Origin: Azolla caroliniana
Lineage: Eukaryota > Plantae > Polypodiophyta
NCBI GenBank assembly: GCA_043228905.1
Contig: JBHGNT010000007.1
Span: forward strand, 6,634,001 to 6,698,000
DNA length: 64,000 bases
Reading direction: 5' to 3'
The translations under genes and the position numbers were made by a program. Each line of letters begins with the position of its first letter. Position 1 is the stretch's first letter. Positions 21,762 through 35,831 of the stretch are shown piece by piece. The notes beneath the pieces are model-generated. The model did not search any database and was not told the origin of the DNA. It worked only from the letters and a program-made list of their open reading frames with translations.

Positions 21762-22200
21762 TGTCGTAATGTAGCGTGCTCGAGAGTGGGAAAAACCGGC
21801 GAATAGGGGGGGTCAAAAATGTGCATGTGCAATGTGTTTGCACACAAAAGTGATTAGTTGTGCATATGCAAAATAAAAGGGAAAAGAAAGAGTGGAAAGG
21901 ATGCATAGAATCCCATGCAAAAAGTAAGAGAGAAGAGAGATAAAATGTAGAGGAGAGACAGGCTAAGAATTTATAGAGATAGAATTATATATTATATAAG
22001 AGAGAGTTAGTGGGCTAGTGGATAGTCACATTGACTACTACCTAGAGGTGCACGGTTCTAATCTAGACTTATAGTGTAGCGTGATTTAAGGAATTTTATT
22101 CCTTTTTCATTGAAGACAAATTTGGCGACCCCCCCTTCTTTTTTTCCTATAAAAGGAGTTCGAGGGGGGCTCATTCGGGAGGACGTTTTGGGAGGAGGAG
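21762..22200 (+). repeat. Probable truncated 3' LTR of Gypsy A
   Basis: Starts TGTCGT right after purine tract GGGGGTGGA, with TATAAAA near 22148. No matching CA end is seen before Copia-C sequence starts. Confidence 0.55.
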
Positions 22201-23109
22201 ACTTCTGTTGCTTCCAGTCTTCAATTGTCTTGTCTTCTAGAAAGACTACATCTCGACTTCTCGCTACCTTCTTGTTGACTAAGTCCCATAGCCTGTAGCC
22301 GAACTCATCTTCCGAGTATCCCATGAATATGCATGCTTTCGACTTGTTGTCGAGCTTTGACCTCTGATCCTTTGGTACATACATATACGCCAAACATCCA
22401 AACACCTTCAGATGTTGATAAGAGACATCCTTACTTGTCCACACCCTCTGTGGGACATCACCCTTTAATGGTATGAGGGAGACATGTTGATCAGATAGAC
22501 AATTGTGTACATCGCCTCAACCCAATAGGATTTCGGCAGTTTCGAATGAGAGAGCATGCTCCTTACTCTCTCCATGATCGTTCAATTCATCCTCACTTCA
22601 AGCCCGTTCAATTTTGTGGTCTTTGGCATTGTGTATTCGATCCGAATACCTTGGCAATTGCAGTATTCTTCGAACTGCCCTTTATACTCGCCACCATTGT
22701 CGGTTCGGACAACCTTCAATTTCTGACCCGACTCTCTTTCAATTCTTACCTGGAACTCCTTGAAAACCGACAGTACTTGATCCTTCGACTTCAGTACGAA
22801 GGCCCATGTCTTCCGACTATAGTCGTCAATAAACGTTACAAAGTACTGTCCTCCTCGATGCGATGGAGCATCCACATAGCACACATCTATGTGTACTAGT
22901 TCCAGTGCGGCTTCTCTTCTCCTTGGTGGTCTCGAGTGGAATGTCGCCCTATTCTGCTTTTCGACTAAGCAGTCGACACACTTCTCCAAGTGTACTCCCT
23001 TGACTTCTTGTAGAAGTTTTTGGTCAGCTAACATGTGCATTCCCTTCTCACTATAAAGAATCAAGAGATGGATTCTTGTGAAGCAGAAGAGATGTGAGTT
23101 ATGTGTGTG

Positions 23110-23161
<52 letters not shown>

Positions 23162-24609
23162 ACACAGAGAATACGCAAGGTAAAAAATATATTGACAAAG
23201 GAGAAAGAGTCAACATTTTACAAGGTGGGAGGAGGGTGCTTTATGTAGTCACCCTCTCTCTTCATTAACTACAAGGCTCATGGAGCATGGGGAATGTGAA
23301 AGCTCATAAGTTATGTGTCATAGAATATGATTCTATGACTCATACTAAATGCTAGAATACAAAGTGGTGACATAATGGTGACTCTTGACCGTTGGAGTGT
23401 CTCTTCTCTCTCAAGGTGAGTTCACACACTAGACCAAGTTGAGGTTGATTCTCAACACACCCCCTCAAGCTCAAGTCAGGTCGGTTTCAGACTGTATCCG
23501 AAATCCGCTTCAACTCGCGTTCTGGAGTCCGCGTCAACTCGTGTCGACTCGCATGTATGCGGAGTTGCGGAATCCGTGCTCCAGCTTGCGTTGTGCGTAG
23601 TTACGAAGTCTGTGCTTCGGCTTGCGTCTTTCTTCGCGGCTTTGTTGCGTGGTTGCGGAATCCACACGTTATTGCATAGTGTCTTCAGTACTCCCCCTCA
23701 AGCTTGGCAGGTCAGGGATCGTCAATCCGAGATCGGTCATGAATTGCCATAGCTTGTCGGCTCCTAAGGCTTTAGTGAAGATGTCAGCCATTTGAAGATT
23801 GGTGCTAATGTGTTGTAGGTCGACATCGCCAGCTAGAACGCGCTCTCGAATGAAGTGATAGTGCACTTAGATGTGCTTTGTCCGCGCGTGGAACACCGGG
23901 TTCCGAGCCAGATAGATACTGCTCATGTTGTCGCAGTAAAGGGAAGTTGGATCCTTGATGGGTATGCCCAAATCCTTCAAAATCCTCTTGAGCCATACGG
24001 CTTCACACGCAGCTACGGTTGCGCCCCTGTATTCCACCTACGTACTCGAAAGAGCGACGGTAGGCTGCTTCTTGCTACTCTAGGATATTGCTCCACTGTC
24101 GAGGGAGAAAACAAATCCGGAGGTTGATCTTCTATCGGCTTTGTAGCCAGCCCAATCAGCGTCTGTGTACCCCTTGAGTCGTATTGGCATTGCGGTCTTG
24201 TAGAGGATGTTGCAATCCATTGTGCCGCTCACGTATCGTAGAACTCGCTTAGCGCAATCCAAGTGAGTATCACGCAGTGTTTGCATGAATTGGCTAAGGA
24301 GACCGACCGGATAACTCAGATCGAGTCGTGTGATCGTGAGGTAGATGAGACTCCCGATGAGTTGCCGATATTGAGTCGGCTCACACGCTTTGGTGCCGAA
24401 GTTCGCATCTAGTTTGAGATTACGATTGAGCGGGGTTGCCACAGATTTGCACTCAGCCATCCCGAACTTGTATAATAAGTTGAGGATGTAGTGTCATTGA
24501 GAGATCATGATTCCGTCCGGAATCTGAATTACCTCGATGCCAAGGAAGTAGTGGAGCTCCTTCATGTCCGTCATCTCGAACTTGTCGGAAAGGAGGGATT
24601 TGACCTTAT

Positions 24610-27600
24610 TGTTGGGCAACGACCCTTCTATTAACCTTCACCACTCGGCCACAACCGAGTAATCACGAATCAATGGAGCGGAAAATGGGAAATACAAAGA
24701 TTAGAGAGGACACGCGATTTATCGTGGAAAACCCTGTACGGGAAAAAACCACGGGAGTACAAGACTCCAAACCAACACTATGCACAGAAAGGTATACAAT
24801 GGCGAGCTGCAAGGCGACGACCTTGAGCTCGCTGTCCTCGCCACAGGCGGCGGAAATACACAGAGGCGTCGTCCTCTTCCTCTCTCGCGCTCTATCTCTC
24901 TCTCTCTCTCTCGGCTGCTCTCTCTTCACTCCTCTAGAGTGGAAAAACAGGAAAAATGAATAGCCACACTAAAACAGTTTGCCCTAAGTCATATTTATAC
25001 ATATATGACTTTGGGGCTATTTACAACTATAGCCTCAGAGGGCCCTTAGCTGACATATTCGTGGATATGTCCCTGCATCCGGATCTCTTCTTCGGGTACA
25101 TTCGTCATCCGACTCCGAAGTCGGGGTCTTCATCATCCGGTTCCGAAACCGAAACCGGGCTGGTCGGCATTCATCTCCGATATCCGACCATCCCATCCGA
25201 AAGGGACCGTAATCCCAACAAAATCCCCCTTCACTTCGGCATGGGATGTCTTTCCAATCCGATCCTCTTCCGGCATGCTTCCAGCTTGTCGGGTGTGAGT
25301 ACCTTGGTCAGCATATCCGACCCGTTCTCGTCCGTGTGGATCTTCGTCAGCACGAACTCCTTGTCTTCTATCCTTTCCCGGATCCAGTGATATCTTCGCT
25401 GGATGTGCTTCGTCCGGGAGTGATAGGCCGCGTTCTTCGCAAGGTGGATTGCACTCTGACTGTCACAGTAGAGTCGGTACTCCTCCTGCCGGATACCGAG
25501 CTCTCTAATGAAGTCCTTCATCCATATTACTTCCTTGCCGGCTTCAACAGCCGCCATGTACTCCGCCTCCGTAGTTGACAAAGCAACCGTCTTCTGCAGC
25601 CTCGACTGCCATGAAACAGCTCCCCCTGCATACGTCATCACATACCCTGATGTGGACCGGCTGGTATCTGCATCAGCCGACATATCCGAATCGGTAAAGC
25701 CGTCGAGTTCGGGCTTACCGGAGCCGAATCGGAGGCACACGTTTGCCGTGCCCTTCAGGTATCGGAGTATCCACTTGGCCGCGTTCCAATGCTCTTTGCC
25801 GGGATTGCTCATGTACCGGCTCACCACTCCGACTGCGTATCCGATGTCCGGTCTCGTACACACCATGGCGTACATCAAGCTCCCGACGGCTGAGGCATAT
25901 GGCACTTTCATCATATCCTCCTTTTCAGCCTTTGTCTTGGGACTTTGCTTGTTGGACAGCTTGCAGTTTGCCGGGAGGGTCGATCCGACCGGTCTTGCTT
26001 CCGACATGTTGAACCGGTGAAGCACCTTCGTCACGTACTTCTCCTGTGACAGCCACAACTACTTCTTCTTCCGGTCCCGGATGATGTGCATCCCTAGTAT
26101 TTGCCTCGCCGGACCCAAGTCCTTCATTGAGAAGGTTCGGTGAAGAGCCTTCTTCAGCATCCGTATCTTGACCTGGTCCCGTCCGACGATCAACATGTCG
26201 TCCACGTACAGGAGGAGTATTAGGAAGTCTCCTCCTTCGAACTTCTTCACAAACACGCAGTGGTCGGACTGCGTTTTGAGGTACCCTTCGTCAGTCATGA
26301 AGGAGTCGAACTTCCGGTACCATTGCCGAGGAGCCTGCTTCAGTCCGTAAAGGCTCTTCTTCAATCGGCATACCAGGTGCTCCTTCCCTTTCTTCTCGAA
26401 ACCTTCCGGTTGCTGCATGTAGATCTCTTCATCGAGGTCACCGTGAAGGAATGCCGTCTTCACGTCCATCTGTTCTACCTCGAGGTCCATGCTTGCCGCT
26501 ATGCTCAGCACCGTCCGGATGGAGGTCATCTTCACTACCGGGGCAAATATCTCGTCGAAGTCGACGCCCTTCTTCTGCTGAAACCCCTTCACCACGATCC
26601 TGGCTTTGTATCTCGGGGGGTTTCCGGCATCTCCTGGTTTCAGCTTGAACACCCACTTGTTTCGAAGTGCCCGCTTTCCTTTCGGCAACTCCACAAGTTC
26701 ATATGTGTGGTTCTCATGCAGGGAATCCATCTCGTCCTGCATGGCACTCAACCACCTGCGGCTCTGGGTGTCATGTTTCGCTTCTTCAAAGCTCTCCGGC
26801 TCCCCCTCGTCGGTTAGCAGCACGTGCTCTGGTTCCGGAAATCTCCGGGGGGCCCTTCTCTCTCTTAGAGGGTATCTCCGTTCAGGAGCTTCGGTAACCG
26901 GTTCTTCCGATTCTTCTTCTTCATCCGAATCCAGTTCGGGATCGGGGCCGGTTCCGGTATCGTTTTCATCTTCTTCGGCCGGTTCTGTTTCTTCACCGTC
27001 TTCGGCCGGATCCTCGAGTGCTAACCGGCCCCTTGCCGGTCGGGACTGCTCCTCGTAGAGTTGATCCTCACCGGTCGACTTGGAGCTCTTCATCTTCTTC
27101 TCCGACTCCCAGTCGGCGAGTGTCTTATTCTCCATGAAGATGATGTCTCGACTCCTGAATATCTTCTTGTCGACCGGGTCCCATACTCGGTAGCCGAACT
27201 CGTCCTCGCCGTAACCGAGGAATATGCATGGCCGGGTCTTCGGATCTAGCTTTCCTCTCCGGTCCTTTGCCACATGCACGTATGCGAGACACCCGAACAC
27301 CTTCAGATGCCGGTAGGACACTTCCTTACCGGTCCACACTTTCTGCGGCGTGTCTCCGTCCAAAGGTACTGAGGGTGATCTGTTTATCACATATGTCGCA
27401 GTCGACATTGCCTCAGCCCAAAATCCCTTGGGTAATTTCGCATGCGCCAGCATACTCCGGACCCTCTCCATTATGGTCCGGTTCATCCTCTCGGCCAGCC
27501 CGTTCAGTTCCGGCGTCTTCGGCACAGTAAACTCGAGTCGGATTCCCTTCGAGCGACAGTACTCCTGAAACTGCCCCCGGTATTCCCCTCCGTTATCCGC

Positions 27601-29946
27601 TCGTATCGCTTTCAGCTTCTTGCCGGATTCCCTTTCCACTCTCGCGTGGAGTTCTTTGAAGACGGACAACACTTGGTCCTTTGTCTTCAGCGGTGCCGTC
27701 CACAGCTTCCGGCTGTGATCATCTATGAATGTTACGAAGTACTGGGCTCCGCCATGTGACTTCGTTTCTACTTGACACACGTCAGTATGCACCAGCTCCA
27801 ATGGTGCACTACGTCTCGTCGGTGGCCTTGAGTGGAAGGAGGTCCGGTTTTGCTTACCGGCCAGGCAGTCGGTGCACTTCTCCAGGTGCACATGCTTCAC
27901 TGGAATAAGGTTGTCTTCTGCAAGCCTCTTCATCCCCTTCTCACTCATGTGGCACAGCCTCTTGTGCCACAGCTCACCGGCAGTGTCGGCTGCCACATTC
28001 AACTCCTCCGGACATAGCCGGGAATTCATCAGGTACAGTGTGTTGACTTCCGGGCCCGAGCCACTATCAAGCTCCCCTTGCTGAACTTCATGACACCGTT
28101 CCGGATGCTACCCGTGTAGCCTTCATCGTCTAGCCTCCCGGCCGAAATCAGGTTCAATCGAACCTCCGGAACGTGTCGGACATCCTTCAGCAGCATTTTA
28201 CATCCGGTTGATGTCATCAGCCACACGTCTCCTATGCCGGCAATCCGGCATGTGCCTTCATTTCCCATCCGGACACAGCCGTGCTCACCGGCTGTGTAGG
28301 ATGAGAAGTATTTCTTCTCCGGGGTCAGGTGGAACGACGCTCCGGAATCGACCACCCAGGTCATCTCTACTCCGGCAAGGTTCAGCTCCCTCTCTTCGGT
28401 AATGAGCATTATCTCTTCTTCACTTGCCGCGAGTGCCGTCGTTCCTTTCCGGTCCTGCCCTCGCCGATCCGGACCTCTCCGGTCTGTGGCTCCCCGGTAT
28501 GCACCGTTTCTCTCCGGTGACTTCTTCGAATCGGTGTCGTCGGCTCCGTTGTCTTTTCGGTAATGCCGACAATTCTTTCGGAAGTGCCCCGGCTTCCCAC
28601 AGTGGAAGCATGTGGGCCTTCCTCTTGACTGCGACCGGGTCCCCGACTTCTCCCGTCTTTGCGGACTCCGGTTCCATTGTCTTCCCCGATCCGATTCGGT
28701 AAGCAGCGCCTTCGGGTCGGAGGCCGGTTCTTTATCTCTCCGACGCGCTTCTTCGTTCAAAATACTTGTCTTTACCGTTTGTAGAGACAAGTTATCTTCG
28801 GTGCAGGAGGTGCTGAGAGTCACTACCAAGTTCTCCCAGCTGTCCGGCAATGTACACATCAGGATGATGGCTTGCATTGCATCCTCCAACGGGAACTTGA
28901 TCGCCGCAAGCTGGTTCACGAATCCCATGAACGTGCTTACGTGTTCCACCATACTCTCGCCGTCCCGGTACTTGAGATTCACTATCTTCCTCATCAGGGA
29001 GGTCCGGTTCAACGCATTCTTCCTCTCATAGAGGCCCGACAGCTTCTTCCACATTTCGTATGCGTTGGTGTCATTCGCCACATGTTGTAGGACGCTTACA
29101 TCGACATATTGTCGGATCGTCGCTACGGCTTTCCGGTTCAGGAGCTTCCACTCCGACTCAAGTACCCCTTTCGGTATTTCCGACCTGTCAATCGGTTCGT
29201 ACAGGTCCCGAACAATCAGAAGGTCCTCCATCTTGATCTTCCAGTCGGCGTAATTCTGTGCATTCAGCACCATCATCATCGGCTGCCCGCTGCCGCCGCC
29301 TTCCATTTTCTGCAACAGTCGCTCTGATACCAGATTGTTGGGCAACGACCCTTCTATTAACCTTCACCACTCGGCCACAACCGAGTAATCACGAATCAAT
29401 GGAGCGGAAAATGGGAAATACAAAGATTAGAGAGGACACACGATTTATCGTGGAAAACCCTGTACGGGAAAAAACCACGGGAGTACAAGACTCCAAACCA
29501 ACACTATGCACAGAAAGGTATACAATGGCGAGCTGCAAGGCGACGACCTTGAGCTCGCTGTCCTCGCCACAGGCGGCGGAAATACACAGAGGCGTCGTCC
29601 TCTTCCTCTCTCGCGCTCTATCTCTCTCTCTCTCTCTCGGCTGCTCTCTCTTCACTCCTCTAGAGTGGAAAAACAGGAAAAATGAATAGCCACACTAAAA
29701 CAGTTTGCCCTAAGTCATATTTATACATATATGACTTTGGGGCTATTTACAACTATAGCCTCAGAGGGCCCTTAGCTGACATATTCGTGGATATGTCCCT
29801 GCATCCGGATCTCTTCTTCGGGTACATTCGTCATCCGACTCCGAAGTCGGGGTCTTCATCATCCGGTTCCGAAACCGAAACCGGGCTGGTCGGCATTCAT
29901 CTCCGATATCCGACCATCCCATCCGAAAGGGACCGTAATCCCAACA
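24610..29946 (-). mobile_element. Copia-3: full-length young Ty1/Copia (Copia-1 family), TSD CTTAT
   Basis: 611-bp LTRs 24610-25220 and 29336-29946 (one difference seen). PBS rc 29321-29332, PPT rc 25221-25230, TSD 24605-24609 / 29947-29951. Confidence 0.97.
25231..29306 (-). pseudogene. Copia-3 gag-pol with one 1-bp deletion (~28048) and one nonsense codon (26059-26061)
   Basis: Collinear with the Copia-1 polyprotein but broken into ORFs 28029-29345, 26059-28029 and 25231-26058. Confidence 0.92.
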
Positions 29947-32900
29947 CTTATTGATTTCGACGATATGCTCACCTCCAATGACTAGGTCATCCACATATAA
30001 AATGATGATGATCGGACTTGCAGAATCGCTTCGTATGTAGAGGGAGTTGTCCGATTTTAACATACAGAAGCCTATTTGATGAAGATATTGTGTTATCTTC
30101 GAATGCCAAGCACGCGGTGCTTGCTTGAGGCCGTAGAGAGGCTTCTTGAGTCGGCAAACAGCTTTCGGATGGGTGCTCGAGTTGAAGCCAAGTGGTTGTA
30201 TCATGTACACCTCCTCTTCTAATTCGCCTTGTAGAAAGGCGTTCTTGACGTCCATTTAATGGAGGTGCCACCCTTTCGCCGCGGCAAGCACAATTACGGT
30301 CCGCACCGTTGTCATCTTTGCCACCGGGGCAAAGGTCTCTTCGTAGTCGATGCCATGCGTCTGAGCGTATCCTTTCGCTACGAGTCGAGCTTTTAGTGAT
30401 TTACGGAGCCATCGACGTTATACTTCACCTTGTAGATCCATCTGCATCCGAACGTCTTTTTGTGTGGTGAGGTGGGAACGAGATCCCACGTCTCGTTCTT
30501 CCAGAGTGCCTCCATCTCTTCGTTCATTGCTTCGATCCATCGCGGGTCCTTCGCGGCTTCCGAAAAGGTTTCTGGTTCCCGTACTGTCGCTACCTTCATC
30601 ATAAAGGCGTAATGGTACGCCATATAATCATTGTAGCCGAATCGGCTTACATGGTTCTTTTCACGGGTGGATCGGTGGAGTTTTTCATTTGCAGAGATGA
30701 GGGTTTTCTTAGCTCCGATTGGTACCTCGAAACCGCCGAACTCATTGTCAAGTGAGTGAGTCGATTCATCGTCGTCGAAGCGATCGTCTTCATATTCCGC
30801 CATTTTTGCCTTGCCTTTGTCCATCTTCGGGCTAGGCCATGATGTGCTTTGATCGCTCAAAGGCTCTTGTGGTCTGCTCAGTCGGGTCGTGATTGGACTT
30901 TCTTCGAACATGCGCGTAAGGTGATCTTCATCCTCTATCTCTTGTTCGGTGGATTTCGGGTCGAGCGGGGTCGGAGTCGAAGTTGTCTCTGGTGCGTACC
31001 AGGATGCGGACTCGTCAAAGACGACATCTCGACTTACCCGAGATTTTCGAGTTGAGGGGTTGTAGCACTTGTACCCCTTTTGCTCCAGTGAGTATCCTAC
31101 AAGGATACATTTCTCCGACTTCGGGTCGAGCTTTTGACGGTTCTCGTCGGGGATGTGCACGTACGCAATAGAGCCGAATATCCGAACATGTGATAGGTTC
31201 GGCTTCTTTCCGAAGAATCTTTCGTGCGGAGTGACCTCGTGCACGCCGGATGTTGTGCACTGGTTCATTAGGTAGACGGCCGTATTTGCCGCTTCGGCCC
31301 AATATGACTTGGGCATATGCTTCTCGTTCATCATGGCCCGCGCTACTTCGAGGATGTGCCGATTTTTGCGTTCGGCTACTCTGTTTTGTTGCGGAGTGTG
31401 TCGGCAAGTGAATTCTCGCCGAATTCCTTCCTTTCGGAGATACGTCGTGAAATCGTCCGAGAAGTACTCCTTGCCGCCATCCGATCGAAGGCATCGTACA
31501 TGTCGGCCCGTGGCTTTCTCGACTTCATTCTTGAAATTTTGGAAGTGTCTGAACACTTTGCTCTTTTGCCGCATTGGGTAGATCCAAGTGTGCCTAGAAA
31601 AGTCGTCGATGAAGAGCACGTAATATCGGCATCCGCCGAATGTCGCCGTTTGAGTCGGACCCCATACATCGGAATGAATTACGTCAAGTAGGCCTTTGCT
31701 CACATTCCGCTCCTTCGGAAATGGGTGTCGGTGTTGCTTGCCGAATTGGCACGCTTCGCATACACCTTCAATCTCCTTCTCTTTGAATGTCGGGAGTCCG
31801 ATGACAACTCCTTTCGATTTCATTGCTTTGAGTTTGTTGAGATTGATGTGGCCGATTCGCTTATGTCATAGCTCTATGTCGGAGTCGGCTTTCGTGTTTT
31901 TCACGAACATGGCGGATTTCATCTCGCGTGAATCGAGAATGAACATCTGGCCCTCTCTTCGTCCGCGTGCGATGAGTCGGCCCTCTTTTTCGATGAAGCA
32001 ACCGCCTTGATTAAATCGAACTTGCATCCCTTGCTCTACAATTTGGCAGACGGAGACCAAATTCTTCCTAATGGTCGGTACATGCAAGACATTTTTAATG
32101 TAATTTTGCTTACCTTCTTTTCCGAACGGAACATTGCCAATGTGCCGAATCGGGTGCGTAGTGCTGTCTCCTGTTTCGACATAGCCGGGTCGGTCCGGCT
32201 CTCAAAGTTCTCGGAACCATTCTTGATGCGATGTCATATGGTTCGAGGCACCGGAATCGACGAACCATACGTCTTCCGGACCGGAGGCACTAGTTGAGGT
32301 AGCGGCCGACATAGAGTTTGCTCTATGTTTCATCATGAACATTCCGCCACGGTCGGGATTGTGCACATACTTTCCGCCACGATTTTCGTAGTCAGAGTTG
32401 TGCCCGTACATTCCGCCACGGTCGGAGTTGTGTGCATACATTCCACCATGATCTTCGTAGTCGGAGTTATGCCCGTACATTCCGCTATACTCTTCGTAGT
32501 CGGAATTGTGCGCGTAATTCGTGAGTTGTCGACTTGTGGAAGCCGATTCACGCATCTTCTTTCGGCACTCTTCTTCGTGATGGCCGAGCTTTCCGCAATA
32601 TCCGCATTCGGTTGCATTTTGACAGCTCGGGCCGGAGTGGAAGCTCCCCCTTCTTGCGAAGGTTCCTCGTTGGCCTCCGTTTTGCAGCTGAAATTGGGAG
32701 TTGTTGTTGTAGGTCGAACCTCGTCTGCCTTATCCTTGGCCGAATCGGCCTCTCGCTCGTCCGCGTCCTCTTCCTCCATTAGAGTGCGTGTAGAGCATGT
32801 GGCCTTCGGACTCATTGCTCCTTGTACGCACGTGGTTTTCTTTGACCAATAGCATTGATTGGAGCTCGAAGAAGGAGGGAGATTTCTCCCGTGCTAGAAC

Positions 32901-35831
32901 GGCGGTTCGCATCGCGCCGAACCATGGTGCGAGGCCACCGAGGCATATTTGCACCATCTCATCATCATCTATATTTACGCTTATTGAGCCGAGCGAGTCG
33001 CAAAGCTCCTTGATCTTCAAGGTGTATGTCGTGATGGACATGTCCCTTTGTTGAATGTTGTTCAACTCTTGGTGGAGTTGAAGCTTCCTCGCGGTCGTGT
33101 TGGCGGCGAAAATCTTTCGTAGATTTTCCCACGCTTCCTTCGGCATCTTGGCTTCGCGAATGTAGCCGAGCATGTGATCGTGAACACACGTCGCCAAGCA
33201 ATACATCACGCGGCTTGCGGCTTGCTCCCATGTCACGATCCGGGAGCCGCTTCGGCGGGTCGATCTTCATGCGCTCCTTTGATGTAGCTCCAATAGCCTT
33301 GTCCGACAAGGTATTGGTGCATCTTGTACTCCCAAAATGCGAAGTTGTTTCGATCCAACTTCTCGGTAGGGAGATTTCTCCCCATTTGAGTATTCATTAT
33401 GTCGATTCTTCTTCTTCTTCTTCTCTCTTCGAATGCGAGCTATGTAGCGAAGCTACGATAGCGATGAGCCGGTTCTTGGTCGTCGGCGTGGAGCACAACA
33501 CACGATCACGATGAGGCGAATGGGCTAGATCGAGCTACCAAATCGCTCTGATACCATGTAAAGAATCAAGAGATGGATTCTTGTGAAGCGAAAGAGATGT
33601 GAGTTATGTGTGTGTGTAAGAGAGAGAGAGAGAGAGAGAGAGAGTGAGTGAAACACAGAGAATACGCAAGGTAAAAAATATATTGACAAAGGAGAAAGAC
33701 TCAACATTTTACAAGGTGGGAGGAGGGTGCTTTATGTAGTCACCCTCTCGCTTCATTAACTACAAGGCTCATGGAGCATGGGGAATGTGAAAGCTCATAA
33801 GTTATGTGTCATAGAATATGATTCTATGACTCATACTAAATGCTAGAATACAAAGTGGTGACATAATGGTGACTCTTGACCGTTGGAGTGTCTCTTCACT
33901 CTCAAAGTGAGTTCACACACTAGACCAAGTTGAGCTTGATTCTCAACACTCACTCATGTGGCCCAACCTCTTATGCCATATCTCCCCTGCCGAGTCGGCT
34001 GCCACGTTTACTTCCGATTTGCACAGTCAGGCATGCATCATGTATAATGTGCCTTCTTTCTGTGCTCGAACCACTATAAGATTTCCTCGGCAGAACTTCC
34101 ACTTGCCATTCCAAAAGCTACCATTGTAGCCTTCGTTGTCAAGCTTTCCAGTCGATATAAGATTCAATCTGATATCGGGGACGTGTCCAACATCCTTCAA
34201 CGTTAGTCGACACCCCGTCGACGTCGTTAAGCACACACTTCCAACTCCGGTTATCTTTCACTCTCCACTATCACCCATTTTTACATAGCCATGATCCCCA
34301 ACTATGTAAGTCGAGAAATACTTTCTCGACGAAGTAATCTGAAAGGATGCACCGGAGTCGATCACCCACGTGCAATCTTCACTCGCAAGATTTGCACTCG
34401 TCTGTTCACAAATGAACAGGAGTTCTTCATTGCTCGTAACAATGGCTGAAGTGTTCTTTTCATCCGGAATTTTCCGGGGTTCGACATTGTTTCCGACACT
34501 CTTGTCTTTTCTCATGTGTCGGTGGTCCTTCTGGAAGTGTCCAAGTTTTCCGCAATAGAAGCACACAACCTTACCTCTGGACTTCAATCTGGCATGGGAT
34601 TTGTTCGTTCGCTGCGGACTTCTTCTTCGCCGGTCCCTTCCTCTGTCCATATGTTGAGTCAGATTCGACTTCGTTTGGGACAGGACTCCGTTGTCTTTCC
34701 TCCTTGCCTCCTCGTTTAGGATGCTTGTCTTCACCATCTGTAAAGACAAGTTCTCTTCTTGACAGGTCCTCCAGGCTTTCCGGCAGTGTGCACATCAGCA
34801 GAATGGCCTGCATTGCGTCATCCAAGGGAAACTTGGTTGCTGCAAGTTGATTCACATACCCCATGAATGTGCTGATGTGTTCGACGATGCTCTCACCGTC
34901 TCTATATTTCAGTCGTACGATTTTTCTCATTAGCGAGGTTTTGTTTAGCGCATTCTTCCTCTCGTATAGACCCGACAGCTTCTGCCACATCTTGTGGGCA
35001 TTCGTGTCATTCGCCACATGTTGAAGGACACTTACATTGACACATTGTCGGATTGTGGCCACCACCTTCCTATTCAGAAGCTTCCAGTCCGACTCCAATA
35101 CCCCCCTGGGTATTTCTGGTCTCTCGATTGGCTCGTACAGGTCTTTGACTATGAGAAGGTCTTCCATCTTTATCTGCCAGTCTGCATAGTTCTGAGAGTT
35201 TAGAACTATGATACCTGGGAAACTGCTAACACCTCCTTCCATGCTTGCACCTCAAGCTCTGATACCAGTTTGTTGAGAAATCGTTGCAGAATAAATCACA
35301 ATAGACAAATAATGCGCTGAAATATGCAAAGATTTACGTGGAAACCTTGAAATGGGAAAAAAAACCACGGCAGAACAGAATTTTCACTATAGACAGTGGA
35401 TATACAAAGCAAAGATGATTACAACACTTTGTCGAGTGTATCAGCCACACAGGGCTCTTCATGTCTGCTGCTCCACACACAACTATGGCGCGGCTCACAC
35501 ACGCACTCTCTGTATCACTCTCTCTCTCTCTCTCACGCTCTACACCTTCTGCACATAGGTTTTGACTGCTTCTATTCCTACATATCTACACAACATGTTT
35601 GCCCTACTTGCATATATACTTACGCAACTTTCTAGTTATTTACATACGTAGCCCTCATGGGGCGCACACTAAGTCTATTTACAAATATAGTCGCCCGAGT
35701 TGGCATTTTACACGATTCCAGTTTCGGCCTCGGCCGTTCCTCATCAACTCGGCTCCTGTTTTCCGACTCTTCGACTGTCGGCTTTCCGAACAGTCGGATT
35801 ATCCACCCACTGGAGGGACATATTCCCAACA

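Larger units (their letters stand above)
1..22200 (+). mobile_element. Ty3/Gypsy LTR retrotransposon A (degenerate host element, 5' end outside window), interrupted by Copia-1, Copia-2 and chromovirus B
   Basis: Domain order gag(CCHC)-PR-RT-RH-INT is restored once the three insertions are removed. The reading frame rejoins across each insertion (e.g. LIEE|ARAVKVQTKYK at 7079/12790; KEKYW|WPGMYKDV at 14841/20623). Right end is approximate. Confidence 0.9.
23669..33397 (-). pseudogene. Copia-4 gag-pol, disrupted and split within RT by Copia-3
   Basis: Gag 32730-33397, WFVDSGAS, integrase 30393-31823, RT LYVDD near 29990, RNase H 23669-24460. Confidence 0.9.
23052..33948 (-). mobile_element. 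Copia-4: full-length decayed Ty1/Copia (Copia-2/5 family), TSD CTCAC; host of Copia-3
   Basis: LTRs 23052-23457 and 33557-33948 differ mainly in (GA)n length. PBS rc 33545-33556, PPT rc 23458-23470, TSD 23047-23051 / 33949-33953. Confidence 0.95.
22200..35831 (-). mobile_element. Copia-C: old relative of Copia-1/3; 5' LTR plus gag-integrase, 3' part missing; host of Copia-4
   Basis: 5' LTR 35271-35831, PBS rc 35256-35267, gag MEGGVSSFPG (35242). HMSE|KGMH is split by Copia-4. Integrase lies at 22200-23051. Confidence 0.88.
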
